IMG/VR virus record: IMGVR_UViG_3300008111_000133
Span: 1 to 25,268 of that record
DNA from: a virus
Taxonomy: Duplodnaviria; Caudoviricetes
DNA length: 25,268 nucleotides
Strand: one strand, 5' to 3'
Below the pieces are notes generated by a model. The model was not told where the DNA came from, ran no database searches, and saw nothing but the letters and a program-made list of their open reading frames with translations. The position numbers were made by a program, and so were the translations under genes. Below are positions 1-7,304 of the stretch, piece by piece. The stretch's first letter is position 1, and each line of letters opens with the position of its first letter.

Positions 1-2723
1 TAAGGTACACCATCTTTCTTAACTGCATCTAAGTAAAATGTATATAATTGGTTTTTAGTTTCCAATTCTTTTACTTCCTCCATTTTATCTTTCATATTAT
101 CTATAAAAGTTTTTGTTGCACCTACCTCTGACATCAATCGTAACATCAATTTGTTCACATCGGATATTTGAGTTTCTACACCTTGCTTCAGTCTACGAAC
201 ATTTTGGATTTGAACATCCAACGCCTGATTGTTTGTGATTGTTTCCTCATTATCATTATAACGTTGAATGTCTGCTTTTACACTTTCTAATTGAAGTTGT
301 AATAATTCAATCTTACTATCAGATGTCTTAACCTCACCTTCTAATCTTTCTCTTAATGAAATCAATCTTTTGTGTTCATCAGTCCATTCTTTCCATTGGC
401 GGAATTGGTCTTCCACACCAGCCAAATCATCTAATTGAGTTATAAGAGCAGTATGTAGAATATTTAGAGTTTCTAATTGATTACCTTGCTGTTCTAATTT
501 CTTTTCGGTTTCCTTTGCATCCTTTACGAATACATTGTTCATACAAAAGTTACAATTAGGGTCATATTCATGCTCTGCTAAATGTGATAACTTCTCTTTG
601 TTACTTTCAATTGATTGTTCTAATAATTGCTTTTGATGTAAGGTATCCCTAATCTGTCCCTTAACTAAATTCAATTGAATTTGTGCTTCTCCAATATCCG
701 TTCCATTTATAGTAAGTTTAGAATCAACCATTTCTTTGGCTTCTCTAACTAATTCTTTGGTTTCGGTGTGCTTTTGTATCTTATCAAATTTAGCATCTCC
801 CCAAGTTGTTAATTCACTTTCAATCTTTTTAACCTTACGATTTAATTCATCTATATCTAAATTACCTTGTATTGGAATGATTTGTTGTGATAATCCTACA
901 ATTTGTTCATCCAACTCACCCTTTCGGATTTCTAATTGAGATTTTTCTTTATCTAAATTACCATACTCAATTTTTTTCTCACTCAAGTCGGTTTCTTTTT
1001 GAGCTAGTTCCGAAGTGAAGTCGGTCTTTCTGAAATTTCTGATAAGTGCGTTTACATCCTTAATATCATTGGTAGCAGTTTCATACAGCTTATCAAACAT
1101 ATCCAATCCCATAAATTGAGCAAGAAGGTCTTTTCTTTCGGATTGTGATTTATCAATGAATAGTGCATTGTTTCCTTGCAAACTCAATGCTGTCATAACA
1201 AAATCCTCATATCTCCCCACATATCCTTCAATGACTTGATTAGTATCTCTACGTTCCGTTCCATTTAGGGATTCCTTACCACTATCACCATCTTTCCAAA
1301 AGTCCACATCCACTTTTACGTTTTTTCCCTTATTAATAGTTCTGCCTTCTCTACGGATATGGTACATTACACCATCAATAGTAAAATCTAATTGGCAATG
1401 GAAATCTTGCTTCCTATTGTTCATAATTGCCGCTGCCTTATAAGCTCTACTACATTTGTCAAACAAGCAAAATGAAATTGCATCGAATAGAGATGATTTA
1501 CCTTGGGCGTTTGGTGCAAATAAACCCATTAGTCCGTTTACTTTGTCAAACTTAATAATATTGTTCTCCCCATAACTGAACATATTAGAGAAATCAAATC
1601 TTACCGGCTTCCAGCTAATATTTCTTTGCAATTCCGATGGTTGAATTCTACTATTAATGTCACGATTGATTTTCTCAATACCTAATAGGTCTTCTTTCGT
1701 TACGAATGGCATCATACGTTCGATATACTCCCCTATTAAAGAATTTTGATGGTTTATATCAGCTACGTTATCAACATCCACCCTTGCTTCTCTATCACCG
1801 GTCTTTTTAGCTTGGAATGAATCAGTACGAATGATTGTAAAATCCTCAACACCATACTTTGCCGTAATATCTGCCATCATTCTTTTTGTATCGGCAGTAT
1901 CAGTATTAGTTATCCTCACTCTTAAACGAGGGTGAAGTGGCATATCCGTTACATCCGGCACAATACCACCATCAACATCTAATGTATAGTATCCGTAATC
2001 GTTTTTAATATCAATTTCTTCGTAGGTCATTGTATCCAAATCCCAAGCTAAGAATCCGTGCTTATCAAGGGTTTCACCAAAGTTTTGTTGTACCAATGAA
2101 CCAGCATATACAACCTTACAACCAGATGGTGAAATCATTTCTTGTCTTTTATGTATATCTCCCAATAGAGCTAAGTCATATCCATCAAATATTTCAGTTG
2201 TGAAGTGTCTACTACTAACCACATATCCCACATCGGTTGTAGAGTTATCAACAGGTCCGTGAAATAATGCAATCTTCTTATTACCAAACAAAGTATTTGC
2301 TTTCGGCCAATTATCTTTGTTATCGAATATACTGAATACTGCAAAATCCACACCACCAATTCCATAGACTTGAGTATCTCTTAGATAATGTAGGTTAGGT
2401 AACTTCAATGCATCTACAATTGGAGTAAGTACATCCATTCTATCCGCATTGTTCATATTACAATCGTGATTACCAGCAATTACAATAGTAGTACATAGTT
2501 TATTACATTCAGTAAACAACCAACTAATCTCACTCACCAATTCAGGACTCATTTCCAATTTAGCATGTGCAATATCTCCAGCTAAATAAATAATAGCATC
2601 ATCCGTTCCCCTTTTCTTAATCTCATCAAACATAGAGTAAAATACTTCTCTAAACTCTTTGTGTCTTTTTATGTTACGGATGTGTATATCCGCAATGTGA
2701 TAAATCGTTTTTAATCTATTCAT
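1..2723 (-). CDS. Fused Mre11/SbcD nuclease - Rad50/SbcC ATPase (T4 gp47+gp46-like); 3' end beyond the window edge (>907 aa)
   Basis: Hand translation from ATG at 2723 (ATGA overlap with the primase stop): MNRLKTIYHIADIHIRN... Metallophosphoesterase motifs ADIH, AGD, GNHD, LFHG and GDIH. The same frame continues to Walker A APNAQGKSS (1494-1517), Q-loop LSLQGN, a long coiled coil and Zn-hook CNFC (543-554). No stop across the domain junction at about 1560-1800. Absent from the ORF track because the stop lies outside the window. Confidence 0.93.
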   Translation of the reverse strand, partial: MNRLKTIYHIADIHIRNIKRHKEFREVFYSMFDEIKKRGTDDAIIYLAGDIAHAKLEMSPELVSEISWLFTECNKLCTTIVIAGNHDCNMNNADRMDVLTPIVDALKLPNLHYLRDTQVYGIGGVDFAVFSIFDNKDNWPKANTLFGNKKIALFHGPVDNSTTDVGYVVSSRHFTTEIFDGYDLALLGDIHKRQEMISPSGCKVVYAGSLVQQNFGETLDKHGFLAWDLDTMTYEEIDIKNDYGYYTLDVDGGIVPDVTDMPLHPRLRVRITNTDTADTKRMMADITAKYGVEDFTIIRTDSFQAKKTGDREARVDVDNVADINHQNSLIGEYIERMMPFVTKEDLLGIEKINRDINSRIQPSELQRNISWKPVRFDFSNMFSYGENNIIKFDKVNGLMGLFAPNAQGKSSLFDAISFCLFDKCSRAYKAAAIMNNRKQDFHCQLDFTIDGVMYHIRREGRTINKGKNVKVDVDFWKDGDSGKESLNGTERRDTNQVIEGYVGRYEDFVMTALSLQGNNALFIDKSQSERKDLLAQFMGLDMFDKLYETATNDIKDVNALIRNFRKTDFTSELAQKETDLSEKKIEYGNLDKEKSQLEIRKGELDEQIVGLSQQIIPIQGNLDIDELNRKVKKIESELTTWGDAKFDKIQKHTETKELVREAKEMVDSKLTINGTDIGEAQIQLNLVKGQIRDTLHQKQLLEQSIESNKEKLSHLAEHEYDPNCNFCMNNVFVKDAKETEKKLEQQGNQLETLNILHTALITQLDDLAGVEDQFRQWKEWTDEHKRLISLRERLEGEVKTSDSKIELLQLQLESVKADIQRYNDNEETITNNQALDVQIQNVRRLKQGVETQISDVNKLMLRLMSEVGATKTFIDNMKDKMEEVKELETKNQLYTFYLDAVKKDGVP

Positions 2724-3601
2724 ATATTATTTAGTTTTGAAAGTACTAAATCATCCCATCCGGTTTCTTTAGCTCCTTTCAATAGTTCGTTTACTTTTTC
2801 AAATCCCATTTCACCGGCATCTTTATCAGTTGGTATAATATTCCTTACTCTAATCCCATTCTTTTGAAACCATTCCGTATGTTTAGTAGAATCATCAACG
2901 GCATCCGAATCTAACATAATCGTTACATCTTTAACACCCTTTTCCATAATTTTGTTTTTTAATTTGCTAAGTAAGAACTTACCTAACAATGGAATAACAT
3001 TTCTCTTTACTGAAAATGAATCAAACACACCTTCTACCAAAGTAATTGGTTCGTTCCAATTGATTTGATTCTCAAATACGATTACATCTCTACTAATTGG
3101 TGGATTCTTATATTTCATTTTATCATCCTCATAAAAAGAACGTGCCACAAAGTAGTTAAGTTCACCATTATCATCATAAGATGGAATGATTACTCTACCA
3201 CCATATAATCCATCTTCACAATATCCAATATTATGTTTTACAATATCTGCTCTCTTAATACCCCTCTTATTTAAATAGTGTATAGCCTGATTATAGATTG
3301 GATTAAATGAACCAGTTGGCTTGAAATATAATTGTTTGAATTCTTTTGGTAATTGTAATTTAGCTACATATTCTTCTTTCGAATCATATTCAGGTTCATC
3401 ACCATATACATCCCTAACCTTATTTAGGTCTCTCACATCCACATTTAGTTTGCGGAGTAGTGAATATATGCTTCTACCCTTAGAATCACATACCCAACAA
3501 TGCCATCTTTGAGTATCTAAGTTTACTTGAAGTTTCTTTTTATGGTGATTACAAAATGGACAATGGTGTGCCTGCTCATTTCCTTTCAAAGATGAGCCCA
3601 C
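2720..3601 (-). CDS. dnaG: DnaG-type DNA primase (Zn finger + TOPRIM); start uncertain, frame open to 3655
   Basis: Zn-binding CPFCNHH...WHCWVC; GRVIIP; KYKNP; TOPRIM motifs LVEGVFD and LDSDA. The track start is GTG, but the frame extends 18 more codons upstream to a TAG at 3656-3658. Confidence 0.9.
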   Translation of the reverse strand: MGSSLKGNEQAHHCPFCNHHKKKLQVNLDTQRWHCWVCDSKGRSIYSLLRKLNVDVRDLNKVRDVYGDEPEYDSKEEYVAKLQLPKEFKQLYFKPTGSFNPIYNQAIHYLNKRGIKRADIVKHNIGYCEDGLYGGRVIIPSYDDNGELNYFVARSFYEDDKMKYKNPPISRDVIVFENQINWNEPITLVEGVFDSFSVKRNVIPLLGKFLLSKLKNKIMEKGVKDVTIMLDSDAVDDSTKHTEWFQKNGIRVRNIIPTDKDAGEMGFEKVNELLKGAKETGWDDLVLSKLNNI

Positions 3602-3627
3602 ACCGAGTGTAGAATCTAATATTGTGA

Positions 3628-3795
3628 TTATTTGTAATTTGTTTCTACCAGATAGCTAGTCTCTCTTGGTTGATTTTGAAGAATCATATTTTTCAGGTCT
3701 AATAAAGATGCAGCTGCCACCCCATGTGCATCATCTTTTGAATTTAAGTAATTATCGGATATTCCGTACTTTTTACAAATTTCTTGAATGTTCAT
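3628..3795 (-). CDS. Small hypothetical protein (55 aa), possibly with an HTH-like N-terminus and possibly an aberrant C-terminus
   Basis: ATG at 3795, 4 nt after the upstream stop. Translation: MNIQEICKKYGISDNYLNSKDDAHGVAAASLLDLKNMILQNQPRETSYLVETNYK*. It fills the gap between the nuclease and primase genes and is shorter than any ORF in the track. Confidence 0.7.
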   Translation of the reverse strand: MNIQEICKKYGISDNYLNSKDDAHGVAAASLLDLKNMILQNQPRETSYLVETNYK

Positions 3796-3799
3796 AACT

Positions 3800-4210
3800 T
3801 TAGTTTATTATATCCCTACGGAAGAACTTTCCCATAAGGTTTTCGTTTATTGCTTGTTCGTTGGCCAGTACATCGTAATGAAACTGCCATTTTATTTCGT
3901 AATATGATAGGGATTTCTTTGAGAAACAAAATTGAATGATTTCTCTTTCAAAGTGTTCAGCGTTTCCAGCTTTTACTTCCGATTTAATCCATTCGTTTGA
4001 TGAATAGTACTTCTCCCAATCCGATGCTTTTTTTACAACTCTCTTTCTAGTCTTACCTTTAAGCGGTTTTAATCTACGAGTTTGAGTGAGTTGTTTCTTA
4101 CCTATATAGAATCTACCAGTTGGGGTATGTACCATTTTATAGACAAATCCAACCGCACCTTCAGGTGTATTTTCTTCTGTAACAATATTTCCATCAAATT
4201 TCCAACTCAT
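3800..4210 (-). CDS. GIY-YIG family endonuclease-like protein
   Basis: GFVY-x10-YIGKK variant of the GIY-YIG motif, followed by YYSS, FEREII, a conserved Glu (YYEIK) and a terminal Asn (INEN). Confidence 0.75.
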   Translation of the reverse strand: MSWKFDGNIVTEENTPEGAVGFVYKMVHTPTGRFYIGKKQLTQTRRLKPLKGKTRKRVVKKASDWEKYYSSNEWIKSEVKAGNAEHFEREIIQFCFSKKSLSYYEIKWQFHYDVLANEQAINENLMGKFFRRDIIN

Positions 4211-4213
4211 TGA

Positions 4214-4402
4214 TTATTTTTTAATCGAATCAGAGTAAGCTTTACTATTTAGCTTCCCACCTCTTGCTTTGTCAAGTTTAATATCGTCTTTTGACAAATT
4301 CAATCCACCATCCGGCTCAATTGGAGTTTTATCTTTACCTTTAATATCGATTTTTCCAGTTGTAGGTGGGGTCTTTTTATAAATATCTAAAATACTTGCC
4401 AT
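4214..4402 (-). CDS. Hypothetical basic protein (62 aa)
   Basis: Tiles between its neighbours, has an A-rich leader and is preceded by the ATATTTATA motif. Confidence 0.7.
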   Translation of the reverse strand: MASILDIYKKTPPTTGKIDIKGKDKTPIEPDGGLNLSKDDIKLDKARGGKLNSKAYSDSIKK

Positions 4403-4427
4403 TTTGTTTTTCTTTATGTTTTACTTC

Positions 4428-4436
4428 TATAAATAT
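4428..4436 (-). promoter_or_regulatory. Putative phage promoter motif ATATTTATA
   Basis: Motif shared by all five long intergenic gaps; 25 nt upstream of ATG 4402. Confidence 0.65.
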
Positions 4437-4440
4437 AACG

Positions 4441-5289
4441 TTATGTATCGAAACGGATAATAAAGTTTAATGGATAATCAGGTAAAGATTTAATTGGTTG
4501 TGGTAATTTTGCCACAGCTATCATATCTAAATTGTCATCATATAAACCAATTGTTGTAATATATGGTGCTAAATAAGAACCAGTTGGGTCAACAGAACTA
4601 CTCACAAAATAATCATCAAAACTACCTTTTTTAGTTTGGTCTATTGAAGAACTAAATGCAAATCGTGCTCCTCTAATATAATAGTTATCAATTACAGCAG
4701 AAGGATTTTGTGAAACATTAAATTCATTTTCTAATACCGATAAGAATACTTCATTTTCATATATTGTAAATGTAGACCTATAATTTAAAGAATAATTTGA
4801 TAAAGTTGAACCAGAAACAATATTTCTAGTCAATACAACTAATCCTCTATCGTAAAATACATTACCATGTACGTTACTTCCACTATCTAACAAATTAGAA
4901 TTACCATCGTCTGTATATATATCTCCGTTTGAATCCGTTAATACAACACTACCTACTTTTATTCCCTCACCATAATAATCTTGCGGAATTGATATTACTG
5001 CAATATCATTTTCCAAAACTCTTTCTGTTAAAGATGCATACGATTCACGTCTACCAACTTCCGTTAAAATTGATGCAGTTGCTGAGTTTCTGTAAAATTG
5101 AGATTCAATAGAAGCATATATTACCTTTTTAACATAACCGTAACTTTTATCATCAGAATCAACATCCACAAAAGACCCAGCTGGGTTCTCACCAAAAATT
5201 GGAGGAACATCATTATGGTCTAATGTCCATTCTTTATAAAGTTTTATCGGTCTAGTTACAATATCCGATTTTGGAATTTCTTTAAGCAT
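4441..5289 (-). CDS. Virion structural protein, baseplate/tail-collar-fibre related; paralog of 5368..6606
   Basis: C-terminal YITTIGLYDDNLDMIAVAK resembles the ELGLYDDAGTLIAVA motif of the P2 gpH-type tail-collar domain. Shares FYDRG and EFNxSxNP motifs with the upstream gene. Confidence 0.6.
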   Translation of the reverse strand: MLKEIPKSDIVTRPIKLYKEWTLDHNDVPPIFGENPAGSFVDVDSDDKSYGYVKKVIYASIESQFYRNSATASILTEVGRRESYASLTERVLENDIAVISIPQDYYGEGIKVGSVVLTDSNGDIYTDDGNSNLLDSGSNVHGNVFYDRGLVVLTRNIVSGSTLSNYSLNYRSTFTIYENEVFLSVLENEFNVSQNPSAVIDNYYIRGARFAFSSSIDQTKKGSFDDYFVSSSVDPTGSYLAPYITTIGLYDDNLDMIAVAKLPQPIKSLPDYPLNFIIRFDT

Positions 5290-5305
5290 GTATTTTTGCC
5301 TTTAC

Positions 5306-5314
5306 AATAAATAT
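5306..5314 (-). promoter_or_regulatory. Putative phage promoter motif ATATTTATT
   Basis: Shared intergenic motif; 16 nt upstream of ATG 5289, directly after the terminator. Confidence 0.6.
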
Positions 5315-5324
5315 TTGATAAATG

Positions 5325-5345
5325 AAAAACCCCCTTTCGGGGGTT
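5325..5345 (-). terminator. Intrinsic (Rho-independent) terminator
   Basis: Minus strand reads AACCCCC-GAAA-GGGGGTT-TTT: a 7-bp stem, GNRA tetraloop and U-tract, 22 nt after the stop of 5368..6606. Confidence 0.85.
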
Positions 5346-5367
5346 CTTCAAATTAACTATGTGTTAT

Positions 5368-6606
5368 TTAGAATGATAATTTTACTTTAATTAAAACTTC
5401 CTTATCAAATGATTTGACAATTGGTTGAGATGTTTTAGCTACTGCTATCATTTCATTTGCGTCATTTAAAAGACCTACAGTAGTAATGTAAGTTTGTGGG
5501 TCGGTTTCAAATGTACCTTCAGTAAAGAATCCATCCACATCAACATAAGTTGGGTTGTTAGAATAGTTAAACTCTCTATTTGTTGCTCTTACAAAGAAAT
5601 GCTGTGTTGATACATTTTCAGTTCTTCTTGCTTCAAAATCACCACCCAATTTAATTGCTGATAGTAATCTATACTGATTAAATTGTTCAGATGTTTGTAA
5701 GTGTGATGGTGATACACTACCACTAATCACAACTGCTCCATCTTTTGTATATATTGTTTGATTTGGAATGTTTCCTACTAAAGAACCTACCGCAGATGCG
5801 TTAAGTACTATAATTCCTCTATCAGGATAGAATAAACCTAAACCTTCACCATTTGAACCAGTTGTTGTATTAATCGTTGCTTCATTTTGAGTTCCCAAAT
5901 TAAGAGAACCAGAAACAACCTTAAATGTTCTACCACTTAATCCTAAATCATCTCCAAATTTCTTACCACTATTATCAATTAATGTTGTAACAGCGCCGCT
6001 TGAGTTAGCTAATTTTAAAGACCAGTTACCAGCATCCATTTTTTCTCTGAATCGGCTTCTAGCTATGTTAATAATATAAACTGAATTTGCGTTAGTCAAA
6101 ACTCCAGATGAATTTTCGAATGAGAATTTTGTATCAGTTGGGTCTAACAACATTGCTCTATATTGAGCGTAGGTTGCTTTAGTTGCCAACAACGATGCAT
6201 CATTATCAGCTAAATTCATAGAACCACTACCATCAACATGTCCATAAGCGATAGCGAATTGTACTTCAGCTGAATCAGAGTATGCTATTGGGTTGTAATC
6301 ATATACATTAGCGTAATAATATCCGCTTGCTGCTGTTGTTTGTGATGATGCTGTAAAGAATTGTGCTAAAGAACCAGAATCACCAGACCATAGACCTGTT
6401 GTTACCACTTCTATTTTAGCGTTTACTTTATCGAAATCACCAAATCTTTTATAGATACCAGTGGAAATTAATCCAGAAGTTCCTATTTGTTGTCCAGCCG
6501 GTAAAACACTATTCAAAATAGATACAATTTGATTTGAATCAATCGTACCACTATTTGCTAGTGCTGATATTTGGGCTGTTACATTAGGGTCATTTATTAG
6601 TGCCAT
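5368..6606 (-). CDS. Virion structural protein, baseplate/tail-collar-fibre related
   Basis: S/T/G/N-rich, beta-type composition; C-terminal YITTVGLLNDANEMIAVAKTSQPIVK motif; lies in the baseplate cluster. Confidence 0.6.
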   Translation of the reverse strand: MALINDPNVTAQISALANSGTIDSNQIVSILNSVLPAGQQIGTSGLISTGIYKRFGDFDKVNAKIEVVTTGLWSGDSGSLAQFFTASSQTTAASGYYYANVYDYNPIAYSDSAEVQFAIAYGHVDGSGSMNLADNDASLLATKATYAQYRAMLLDPTDTKFSFENSSGVLTNANSVYIINIARSRFREKMDAGNWSLKLANSSGAVTTLIDNSGKKFGDDLGLSGRTFKVVSGSLNLGTQNEATINTTTGSNGEGLGLFYPDRGIIVLNASAVGSLVGNIPNQTIYTKDGAVVISGSVSPSHLQTSEQFNQYRLLSAIKLGGDFEARRTENVSTQHFFVRATNREFNYSNNPTYVDVDGFFTEGTFETDPQTYITTVGLLNDANEMIAVAKTSQPIVKSFDKEVLIKVKLSF

Positions 6607-6619
6607 TTTTTATATCTTT

Positions 6620-7243
6620 TTATGCTTTATAAGTTACGGTTACAGGTATAGTTTGAGAACCACCGGTTTCATTACCATACACAGTAAGAGTTGTTGCAAT
6701 ATCAATTGTTAAGCTTGGATTTGGTGTGAATCTAAATTCCAAACCACTAACTACTTGCGCAGTTGTTGTAATTTCTTCACCTAAGAATACAGGTACTGTA
6801 CCTGTTCCACTTGCTCCTCTTGATACAGTCAATGTACCTGCTCTTTGGTCTGCTAATACAACAGTGTAACCTGCGTTTGTATTTCCAGATGGAGATGTTG
6901 TTGGAGTTAATCCCACACCACCTTCGGTTTGATTTACAGCGATTGAAGGTACACCCAATCTTACAGTTGGAATTTGTGTAGTTCCTTTCGGAAGAGTCAC
7001 TAATTTATATCTCAATACTTGAGTTTCATCAGGTGATGCTTCTGTGATAGGAATTGCTCTAATTGCTGAATCGTAATAAGCCGAACCCTTTGGGTGTGCG
7101 GGCTCATATAATGTATAATCAATCTCATCATCTCCCAAAGCGAACTTTGTGATATTCAAAGACTGACCCGATGCTAATTTTTGTCTTCCTTTTTTAGTAA
7201 GAATTGCATCTACGGTAATTTCGGTATTATCTAAATATGCCAT
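6620..7243 (-). CDS. Virion structural protein with a tail-collar-like N-terminus and beta-rich C-terminus
   Basis: N-terminal AILTKKGRQKLASGQSLNITKFALGD resembles the start of P2 gpH-type tail-collar domains; the C-terminal part is Thr/Val-rich and Ig-like. Confidence 0.55.
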   Translation of the reverse strand: MAYLDNTEITVDAILTKKGRQKLASGQSLNITKFALGDDEIDYTLYEPAHPKGSAYYDSAIRAIPITEASPDETQVLRYKLVTLPKGTTQIPTVRLGVPSIAVNQTEGGVGLTPTTSPSGNTNAGYTVVLADQRAGTLTVSRGASGTGTVPVFLGEEITTTAQVVSGLEFRFTPNPSLTIDIATTLTVYGNETGGSQTIPVTVTYKA

Positions 7244-7274
7244 TTGATATTGTTTTTTAATGCTTTATTTCTAA

Positions 7275-7283
7275 AATAAATAT
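7275..7283 (-). promoter_or_regulatory. Putative phage promoter motif ATATTTATT
   Basis: Shared intergenic motif; 31 nt upstream of ATG 7243. Confidence 0.6.
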
Positions 7284-7304
7284 AACCAATTATTATTTTC
7301 AATC

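Noticed and set aside
2171-2365. 64-aa minus-strand ORF
   Set aside because: An alternative frame inside the nuclease domain of the Mre11-Rad50 fusion.
3602-3735. TAG stop-codon reassignment as the explanation for the primase start
   Set aside because: Reading through the TAG reaches a TGA with no ATG in frame, and no other gene in the window needs TAG readthrough.
3800-4210. GIY-YIG gene as an intron-encoded or mobile homing endonuclease
   Set aside because: It interrupts no gene, has no flanking intron-like sequence or C-terminal DNA-binding repeats, and is tightly packed in the operon.
4441-5500. Similar 3' ends of the two paralogs as a diversity-generating retroelement TR/VR pair
   Set aside because: Divergence is high and not adenine-specific, both copies are coding, and there is no reverse transcriptase in the window.
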